Shown here: positions 20,011-27,051 of the stretch, in pieces
Layout: each line of letters begins with the position of its first letter
Numbering within the stretch: position 1 is the stretch's first letter
Assembly: GCA_038153405.1 (NCBI GenBank)
Contig: JAYOYH010000006.1
Span: 70,911-134,910, forward strand
DNA length: 64,000 nucleotides
Reading direction: 5' to 3'
DNA from: Gemmatimonadota bacterium
GTDB lineage: Bacteria; Latescibacterota; UBA2968; UBA8231
Notes under the pieces: model-generated
Databases searched by the model: none
What the model was told of the DNA's origin: nothing
What the model saw: only the letters and a program-made list of their open reading frames with translations
Made by a program: the position numbers and the translations under genes

Positions 20011-20481
20011 CTATACCCTCGCCCGGCGCGTGTTGTCCACCAGCTGTTGGCGCGTAGCCTCTAGGCGCTGGGTGGTGATCTGCACCAGGCGGCGCAGCAG
20101 TTCATAGCCCATGTCTGGATGGGCATCGCACAGGGCGCGCAGCGCTTCGGCTTCTAGTGCAACGGTCCGCGTGTCTTCCACGGCGCGGGCGTCAAAGCGC
20201 CATCGGTAGGGTGGGACCATCCACGACCAGCCGAGAATCTCATCGGGGTCAACGGCCTGAACTGGAATGCCTCCGGTCTCTAGTGCGACGCGCCCGTGAA
20301 AAATCAAAAAGAAATGCTCGGCCCGCTCACCCTGGCGCCCCAAATAGGCGTCGCCGGCATAGACTTTGTCTTCTGCGCATGAGGCTAGTAAGTGTAAATG
20401 AGCCTTGTCCATGCCGCGGAAAAAATGGTGTTCCCCTATGGCATTGGTGAATTGCTGTACTCGATCGCTATTCATGTCCAT
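20011..20481 (-). CDS. Stand-alone cyclic nucleotide-binding (CRP effector) domain protein
   Basis: QGERAEHFFLIFHGRV, EILGWSWMVPPYRWRFDARA; no HTH. Confidence 0.85.
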   Translation of the reverse strand: MDMNSDRVQQFTNAIGEHHFFRGMDKAHLHLLASCAEDKVYAGDAYLGRQGERAEHFFLIFHGRVALETGGIPVQAVDPDEILGWSWMVPPYRWRFDARAVEDTRTVALEAEALRALCDAHPDMGYELLRRLVQITTQRLEATRQQLVDNTRRARV

Positions 20482-20551
20482 TCCTCTCTTCCTCAGTGAG
20501 CTATACGGGCAAAGCGCTTGTGTCCGTGGAGATCGCAGCAGGTGTTTTTCA

Positions 20552-20600
20552 GAGACGTGGCAGTCCCAAAGAAAAGCCTATCGAGACCTAGCAGTCCCAA
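20552..20600 (+). repeat. Tandem imperfect dyads GAGAC-N3-GCAGTCCCAA, 31-bp period
   Basis: GAGACGTGGCAGTCCCAA (20552) and GAGACCTAGCAGTCCCAA (20583). Confidence 0.7.
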
Positions 20601-20650
20601 GGATAGCGCGGAAATACGCATAACCGACCTCTATGGCATGGGTAGGGCTA

Positions 20651-20665
20651 TGGCACAGTTTTTGC
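20651..20665 (+). promoter_or_regulatory. Putative sigma54 -24/-12 promoter of the thioredoxin gene
   Basis: TGGCAC-AGTTT-TTGC, perfect core consensus, about 35 bp upstream of ATG 20702. Confidence 0.75.
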
Positions 20666-20701
20666 CGACTTCTCGTTGAATATAGAGGGGAGGTTAGGGC
20701 T

Positions 20702-21037
20702 ATGACAGGGTTGATCGAAGAATTGTGCAGAGTAGATGATGTGATGGAGAAGGACGCAGAGGTGGAAGGGAGAGGGGTTTGCCTGATCGATTTTTGCGCC
20801 TCTTGGTGCGACGTCTGTCAGGTGACGTGGACGTTGAGCGAAGCGCTTGCTGATCATTACGGTCGGCATCTGACGCTGTGCCACGTCGATGTCGACGACC
20901 ACCCCGAACTAGCGGCGCGCTATCGGGTGCATACCGTGCCGACGCTCATACTGCTGAAAGACGGCGAGATGGTAGAACACTTTGCCGGCGTTACGACGAG
21001 GGAGCGCATCTGCGCGGCGGTCGAGCGGGCGATGTAG
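20702..21037 (+). CDS. Thioredoxin-family protein (WCDVC)
   Basis: LIDFCASWCDVC, VDVDDHPELAARYRVHTVPTL; GGGGAGG RBS. Confidence 0.88.
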   Translation: MTGLIEELCRVDDVMEKDAEVEGRGVCLIDFCASWCDVCQVTWTLSEALADHYGRHLTLCHVDVDDHPELAARYRVHTVPTLILLKDGEMVEHFAGVTTRERICAAVERAM

Positions 21038-21077
21038 GGAGGGGGGAGCACTAGAGGCGTATGGAGGGGGATGTGCC

Positions 21078-22691
21078 TTAGGGCGCACCCCCCTTGCTCG
21101 TAGAGAGCGCATTTTTGACCTGGTCGAGTAGGTCGGTGACGGCCAATGGCTTTTGCAAGACCGGTATTTGTGCCGATCGCACCTGTGCCCAATCGGTTTT
21201 TTCATCCATGTAGCCGGTCACCAGTAGCATGGGCAGGTCGGCGTGTTCGCGCCGCAGTTCCAGCAGCCATTCGGATCCGCGCCCATCGGGTAGAAATACG
21301 TCGCTCAGCAGCAGGTCAAAGCGCCCGTCTTCGCGGCGGAACAGCGCGCGTGCGTCGCGCAGCGTCGCGCAGGCAAAGACTTCGTAGCCCTGGTCGCGCA
21401 GCACGCGCAGGGAGCGATCGCGCAGGTCGGGTTCGTCTTCCAACAGCAGCACGCGCTCTCCACGCGCGCGTGCGCGCGCGTGGAGAATAGGCGCCAACTC
21501 GCGCTGTCGGGCATCGGTAGCTTCGCCGTGAACGGGAAAGTAGAGCGAGAATGTGCTGCCCTGTCCCGCTTCGCTAACCAACTCGATCCACCCCTCGTGT
21601 GCTTCGATAATGCCGTAGACGACCGACAGACCGAGTCCCGTTCCCTTGTCGACGTCTTTGGTGGTAAAGAAGGGTTCGAAAATGCGTTGGCGCACAGACT
21701 CGTCCATGCCCGAACCGGTATCGCAGATCTGCAGACGCACAAAGCGCCCAGGGCGGGCCTGCGAGTGGTGGCGACAGTGCTCCGCATCAATTTCCACATT
21801 GGCGGTAATCAGACGCAGCGAACCGCCTTCGGGCATGGCATCGCGGCTGTTTATGGATAGGTTGAGGATGACCTGGTCGATATTGCCGGGGTCGGCATTA
21901 ATCGTCCACAGGTTGTCACCCAGGTCCATCTGTATGGTAATGTGCTCGCCGAGCAGGCGGTCGAGCATCTTCTGCAGCTCATTTACCTGGCCGTTTAAAT
22001 TTAAGATCTGGCGTTCGATTTGCTGGCGGCGACTAAAGAGCAGCAGCTGGCGCGTAAGGTTGGCTGCGCGCAGCACGACCTTGCGAATTTTGAGCAGATC
22101 CTCGCGCAGATTCTCCTCTTCGTGCGCGGCCAGCATCATATCCACGTCGAATAGCATAATGCCGAGCTGGTTGTTGAAATCGTGGGCGATGCCGCCGGCC
22201 AGTTGGCCGACCGACTCCATTTTTTGCGACTGGACGAGCTGGGCCTCCAGCTGCTTGCGCTCGGTGATGTCGCGGACGATACCAGTAAACATGCGCCGCT
22301 TGCCCAGTTGGAACTGACTGACGGCCAAGTCGAGCGGAAACGTAGTGCCGTCCTTGCGTTTTCCCGTGACCTCGCGGCCTATGCCGATGATCTTTGCATG
22401 TCCGGTGTTCAAATAGTTCGCTATGTAGCGGTCGTGTTCGTCGGTGTAGGGGGATGGCATGAGGATCGATACGTTGCTGCCGATCACCTCGTTTGCGGCA
22501 TAGCCAAAGATCGTCTCTGCGGCGCGATTAAACGACTCTATACGGCCGTGCTCGTCGATGGTTATGATGCCGTCGACGACGTTTTCCAGCGCCGATTGGT
22601 AGCGCCGTGCGTCCTCGCACTGCTGCAGTTGCAGGCGCAGTCCCCGTAGCTCTTCGATGAGCTGCTTTTTGTTCTTTCTTTCGTCTTGCAT
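21078..22691 (-). CDS. Hybrid sensor histidine kinase with FixL-like PAS and receiver domain
   Basis: PAS MPSPYTDEHDRYI..KIIGIGREVTGKRKDG; H-box GIAHDFNN; FEPFFTTK..GTGLGL; receiver LLLSDVFLPD. Confidence 0.93.
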   Translation of the reverse strand: MQDERKNKKQLIEELRGLRLQLQQCEDARRYQSALENVVDGIITIDEHGRIESFNRAAETIFGYAANEVIGSNVSILMPSPYTDEHDRYIANYLNTGHAKIIGIGREVTGKRKDGTTFPLDLAVSQFQLGKRRMFTGIVRDITERKQLEAQLVQSQKMESVGQLAGGIAHDFNNQLGIMLFDVDMMLAAHEEENLREDLLKIRKVVLRAANLTRQLLLFSRRQQIERQILNLNGQVNELQKMLDRLLGEHITIQMDLGDNLWTINADPGNIDQVILNLSINSRDAMPEGGSLRLITANVEIDAEHCRHHSQARPGRFVRLQICDTGSGMDESVRQRIFEPFFTTKDVDKGTGLGLSVVYGIIEAHEGWIELVSEAGQGSTFSLYFPVHGEATDARQRELAPILHARARARGERVLLLEDEPDLRDRSLRVLRDQGYEVFACATLRDARALFRREDGRFDLLLSDVFLPDGRGSEWLLELRREHADLPMLLVTGYMDEKTDWAQVRSAQIPVLQKPLAVTDLLDQVKNALSTSKGGAP

Positions 22692-22708
22692 AATCGTTTT
22701 TAAGAAAC

Positions 22709-23794
22709 CTATTGCAGGCGCAGACGCGCCCAGCGGGTATGGGTTATGCCCGAGACGGTGCACCAGTACCAGGCCAGTATATCGCCGTCTGCTAGCTGAA
22801 TTCCGCCGGGTTTGCCAAAGGCGATAAGCAGGTGCTCGGCGAGGAAATTTTCGCTCTGGGCCTCGCCTAGAGTGGCTTCGCTACCGGCGTCGAATACGGC
22901 GAGTACATCGGTAAAGTGCTGCAGATCTTCGCTGATGGCTAGGCGCACGCCCTGCGGATGATGGCGATGGTTATACAGGGCGGCCACGCGTCCGTCGCCT
23001 AGGGCGATGGGGCAGCAGACCTGTCCCTGCAGATTGGTCGCACGCGGCGGCGACCAAGTGCGTCCCGCGTCTTCGGAAACGACGTAGTGATTGGGCGCGT
23101 CAGTGCTCGTGCCATAGCGATGCGTCCACAGCAGGGTGTAGATGCGCCCGTCGGCCAGCTGTGCGCACATTTGGTCCCAGTAGCACAGGCGCCCAGAGCG
23201 GTCGTCGGCGACGATCGACCACTCGTTCCAGGTGCGGCCCTTATCTGCGGAAAAGAGCGCGCCGGCCTTCTGGTCGGGTGGTCCGCTATAGCCTTCCGGC
23301 TTCCACGTTTCAAACGGGTACATCCATCGTCCGTCGGCCAGTTGCAGCAGCGTGCCCGCCCCGTTGGCAGTGTATTGGTCGGCGGGTAAATCGACCGGCA
23401 CCACGCTTGGCTGGGACCAACTGCGGCCGTTGTCGTCGGAAAAGTAGAGCAACATCTGCGGCCGCTGCAGCGCCTCGGATTCCGGATCGAATAGGTCGGT
23501 TTCGCCGCACTCAAAGCGCGTCGCCGTCATCAGTAGACGCCCGTCGGGCAGGGCATGTATCTGCGGCATGCGATAGGAAAAAGCCGCGTCGTCGCAGGCG
23601 ATGGGACCCTCGTTATGCCATTGTCGTCCGTCGGTCGAGCGTAGAATCTCGATGCGACAATCGTTGGCGCCCAGTGCCGTGCCCACGTGCTGGCTGGCGA
23701 TGAAAGAGCCGTCGGGCAGCGGGGTAATCCACGGCATATAGGCCCCGCGTCCGGGCGCGCGGTCGAGGATGCCTTCTTCTGCGATGTGCACCAT
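22709..23794 (-). CDS. Sialidase/BNR (Asp-box) beta-propeller protein
   Basis: Asp boxes SDDNGRSW, SADKGRTW, SEDAGRTW; start at MVHIAEEG. Confidence 0.8.
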   Translation of the reverse strand: MVHIAEEGILDRAPGRGAYMPWITPLPDGSFIASQHVGTALGANDCRIEILRSTDGRQWHNEGPIACDDAAFSYRMPQIHALPDGRLLMTATRFECGETDLFDPESEALQRPQMLLYFSDDNGRSWSQPSVVPVDLPADQYTANGAGTLLQLADGRWMYPFETWKPEGYSGPPDQKAGALFSADKGRTWNEWSIVADDRSGRLCYWDQMCAQLADGRIYTLLWTHRYGTSTDAPNHYVVSEDAGRTWSPPRATNLQGQVCCPIALGDGRVAALYNHRHHPQGVRLAISEDLQHFTDVLAVFDAGSEATLGEAQSENFLAEHLLIAFGKPGGIQLADGDILAWYWCTVSGITHTRWARLRLQ

Positions 23795-23801
23795 AATGCG
23801 G

Positions 23802-24413
23802 CTAGTCCAACAAGCGCGCATCGCGCGCTTCGAGGTGTCCGCGTGCACGGGCGAAAAAGGCGTCGAGGACCTCTTCGGGGGCCAAGTTGGAAGTGTCGAT
23901 AGACACTTTGCGCTTGATCCACGATTGGCGACACTGCTGGGCGAATGCATCCAGTAAATGCGGAATGTGGTCGCGGTGGATCAGCGTGTGGGGGTGAGGC
24001 GTACGCTGCATGCGCTCGGCAATCACTTCAGGGTGCGCGTGCATGTGCACGAGGATGGCGTCGTCTGGCATTTCGCTCTCGTAGCGCCGCGTATCGCTGA
24101 CCTGCAAGCCCGGGTAGTAGTAGCGCGGACCATAGACTTCTTCTTCTATATGGAAGCCGCCCAGTAGAATGTTCTCGTAGAGGTTGATGAGCCGCACGTG
24201 GTAAACGATCTGAAAGCGCTGGAAGCGCTCCTTAAGCGCCGGCAGCATGTCGAGCATGGCGCGCTGTTCCTCCTCTGAGAGGTGATAGGCGTCGGGAATG
24301 GTGAAGTGGTCGTCCATGTGATAGTGGACGTGTCGCTGTGCCCCCCACGCATAGAGCCCGTTCAGCAGCGTGCTGACGCCGCTGTACTCGCAGCCGACGG
24401 CGATGATGCGCAT
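23802..24413 (-). CDS. P-loop nucleoside/nucleotide kinase-like protein with degenerate Walker A
   Basis: MRIIAVGCEYSGVSTLL; ILVHMHAHPEVIAERM; AGGAG RBS. Confidence 0.6.
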   Translation of the reverse strand: MRIIAVGCEYSGVSTLLNGLYAWGAQRHVHYHMDDHFTIPDAYHLSEEEQRAMLDMLPALKERFQRFQIVYHVRLINLYENILLGGFHIEEEVYGPRYYYPGLQVSDTRRYESEMPDDAILVHMHAHPEVIAERMQRTPHPHTLIHRDHIPHLLDAFAQQCRQSWIKRKVSIDTSNLAPEEVLDAFFARARGHLEARDARLLD

Positions 24414-24545
24414 GGCGTATCTCCTCTGACCAGTGTGACAGACAAGGAAAACGTGGCGGAAAATAGCTGGTGCGTCAACGCCTATCGCCGGTGGGCGGGG
24501 AAAAAACTGTGGATAATGGCCTCGATGGACCGATAAATAGGCCAT

Positions 24546-24565
24546 ATATCAACAAATCTTGATAT
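24546..24565. promoter_or_regulatory. SahR-type operator palindrome
   Basis: ATATCAA-CAAATC-TTGATAT (20 bp), abutting the -35 box upstream of ArsR-methyltransferase + ahcY. Confidence 0.85.
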
Positions 24566-24593
24566 TGACATTTAACGGAGCTGAGGATATGTT
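24565..24593 (+). promoter_or_regulatory. sigma70 promoter of sahR-ahcY
   Basis: TTGACA-N17-TATGTT. Confidence 0.75.
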
Positions 24594-24602
24594 CTTGTGA
24601 CC

Positions 24603-25529
24603 ATGACCGACCCCTTAAAAATCTATAAAGCCCTAGCCGACGAAACGCGCTTGCGCCTCGTCCGCCTGCTGGTGCGCGGCGCGCTCAATGTCAACGAGAT
24701 TATCGGCATTCTCGGCATGGGGCAGAGTCGCGTATCGCGCCATCTGAAAATTTTAGCCGAAGCGGAATTAGTGACGAAGCGCCGCGAGGGCACGTGGATA
24801 TACTACCAGGGAAACGGTCAGTCGTCAGAGGCCATCGTCGCCGACGCGCTCGACTTGTGCGAGCGCCACGAGCGCCAACTGCCCAATTACGCAGAGGATC
24901 TGCAGGGTCTGGAAAACATCGTCGAGGGACGTCGCCAGCAGACGCGCCAGTTCTTTGACAGCATTGTAGATCCCCAGCAGCTGCACCAGTCGCTCGACGG
25001 GGATTACTACCGCAGAGTGGCCATGGATCGCGTGCCCGATGGCATTGGTACAGTGCTCGACATGGGAACGGGAGCGGGCTTACTGCTGCCGGGTTTGCTG
25101 CGCCGCGCAGAGCGGGTCATCGCCGTCGACTCGTCGACCACGATGCTCGATATGGCGCGCAAGGCGCTGGGCAAAGAGACGATGCGCTGCGATTTTCGTC
25201 TCGGCGATTTGGGCCACCTGCCGGTGGCCGACGGCGAAGTCGATCTCGTCGTCGCCTGCATGGTATTGCACCACCTCTCGCATCCGGCCGAGGCCATTGG
25301 CGAGGCGCGTCGCGCACTGCGAGCCGGCGGCCGTCTGGTCATAGTCGATTTGTACCGGCACGAAGACGAGAGTTTACGCGAGCATTTGGCTGACCTCTGG
25401 CTCGGTTTTCTACCGGCCCAAGTGGAGCGCTGGCTGCGCGAATATCGCTTTGTCATTGAAGGCGCAGAAGTCGTCGGCGCCGCAGATACGCTGCAACTCA
25501 TTGCATTTCAAGCTCAGAAAGAGGAATAG
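24603..25529 (+). CDS. sahR: ArsR-family HTH fused to SAM-binding methyltransferase domain (SahR-like regulator)
   Basis: KALADETRLRL..QSRVSRHLKIL..RREG (ArsR); VLDMGTGAG, MVLHH (class I SAM-MT); operonic with ahcY; alternative GTG start at 24597. Confidence 0.85.
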   Translation: MTDPLKIYKALADETRLRLVRLLVRGALNVNEIIGILGMGQSRVSRHLKILAEAELVTKRREGTWIYYQGNGQSSEAIVADALDLCERHERQLPNYAEDLQGLENIVEGRRQQTRQFFDSIVDPQQLHQSLDGDYYRRVAMDRVPDGIGTVLDMGTGAGLLLPGLLRRAERVIAVDSSTTMLDMARKALGKETMRCDFRLGDLGHLPVADGEVDLVVACMVLHHLSHPAEAIGEARRALRAGGRLVIVDLYRHEDESLREHLADLWLGFLPAQVERWLREYRFVIEGAEVVGAADTLQLIAFQAQKEE

Positions 25530-25532
25530 AAC

Positions 25533-26858
25533 ATGACGCAAGCAGCAGAGAAGACCACCGCGTTGCAGGACTATAAAGTTGCCGATATCTCGTTGGCCGA
25601 GTGGGGCCGACAGGAGATCATTCTCGCCGAACAGGAAATGCCGGGCCTGATGGCTCTGCGCGAGGAGTTTGGCGCGGAACAGCCCCTAAAGGGCGCGCGC
25701 ATTGCCGGCTCGCTGCACATGACCATCCAGACGGCGGTGCTGATCGAGACGCTGGTCGAGCTGGGCGCCCAGGTGCGCTGGGCTTCGTGCAACATCTTTT
25801 CCACGCAGGACCATGCGGCGGCTGCCATTGCCGCAGCCGGCATCCCGGTCTTTGCCTGGAAGGGTGAGACGGAAGATGAGTATTGGTGGTGCACCGAGCA
25901 GACGCTCAATTGGGGCGACGGCGAAGGACCCAATCTGATCCTTGATGATGGCGGCGATTTGACCAAGTGGGTGCACGACAACCACCCGGAAATGCTGGAG
26001 GCCATTCGCGGCATATCCGAGGAGACGACCACTGGCGTTCATCACCTCTACCAGATGCTGAAAGAAAACGCGCTCAAGGTTCCGGCGATCAACGTGAACG
26101 ACAGCGTAACCAAATCGAAGTTCGACAACCTCTACGGCTGCCGCGAGTCGCTGGCCGATGGCATAAAGCGCGCCACCGACATCATGATTGCCGGCAAGGT
26201 GGTCATAGTGGCTGGCTACGGCGATGTTGGCAAGGGCTCTGCCGACGCCATGAAGGGGCTGGGCGCGCGCGTTATCGTCACCGAAATAGACCCAATTTGT
26301 GCGCTGCAGGCCGCAATGGAGGGATACGAAGTCAAGAAGATGGACGATGCGGTCGCCGAGGGCGATATCTTCGTCACGACGACGGGCTGCAAGGACATCA
26401 TTCGCATCGACCACATGGAGCGGATGAAGGACGGCGCGATCGTGTGCAATATCGGCCACTTTGACGTAGAAATTCAAGTGGCTCAGCTAAAGGGATTTGC
26501 CGGTATCAAGCACACGGAAATCAAGCCGCAGGTCGACAAGTTTACCTTTCCATCGGGCAGTAGCATTATCCTGTTGGCCGAGGGGCGCCTAGTCAACCTC
26601 GGCTGCGCCACCGGCCATCCTTCGTTTGTGATGTCCAATTCGTTTACCAACCAAGTGCTGGCGCAGATGGAACTGTTTAGTCGCGGCGACCAGTACGAAG
26701 TAGGCGTCTACATGCTGCCCAAGTATCTCGATGAAAAAGTAGCGCACCTGCACCTGAAAAAGCTCGGCGTCGAAATCGACAGTTTGAGCGACGATCAGGC
26801 TGCCTATCTCGGCATTCCGGTAGAAGGGCCCTATAAGCCGGATCACTACCGCTACTAA
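25533..26858 (+). CDS. ahcY: Adenosylhomocysteinase
   Basis: [56 protein letters not shown]. Confidence 0.98.
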   Translation: MTQAAEKTTALQDYKVADISLAEWGRQEIILAEQEMPGLMALREEFGAEQPLKGARIAGSLHMTIQTAVLIETLVELGAQVRWASCNIFSTQDHAAAAIAAAGIPVFAWKGETEDEYWWCTEQTLNWGDGEGPNLILDDGGDLTKWVHDNHPEMLEAIRGISEETTTGVHHLYQMLKENALKVPAINVNDSVTKSKFDNLYGCRESLADGIKRATDIMIAGKVVIVAGYGDVGKGSADAMKGLGARVIVTEIDPICALQAAMEGYEVKKMDDAVAEGDIFVTTTGCKDIIRIDHMERMKDGAIVCNIGHFDVEIQVAQLKGFAGIKHTEIKPQVDKFTFPSGSSIILLAEGRLVNLGCATGHPSFVMSNSFTNQVLAQMELFSRGDQYEVGVYMLPKYLDEKVAHLHLKKLGVEIDSLSDDQAAYLGIPVEGPYKPDHYRY

Positions 26859-26874
26859 GCGATTTTCGCATAGA

Positions 26875-26916
26875 ACGAGAGGGGCCTGTGGGTTTTGATC
26901 GACAGGCCCCTCTCGT
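26875..26916 (+). terminator. Stem-loop after ahcY (probable terminator)
   Basis: ACGAGAGGGGCCTGT...ACAGGCCCCTCTCGT followed by GTTGTT. Confidence 0.7.
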
Positions 26917-27051
26917 GTTGTTGCAAGAGCAAAATTAGCGTATACTCCCACGCGAGTACGCGTGTATCGGGCAAATTTACTAACGGTAGCTCATTGGCTG
27001 CGCTCGGCTGCTGTTAGTTCCATCTAATTGGTTGATGCCCGGAGATGTCGA

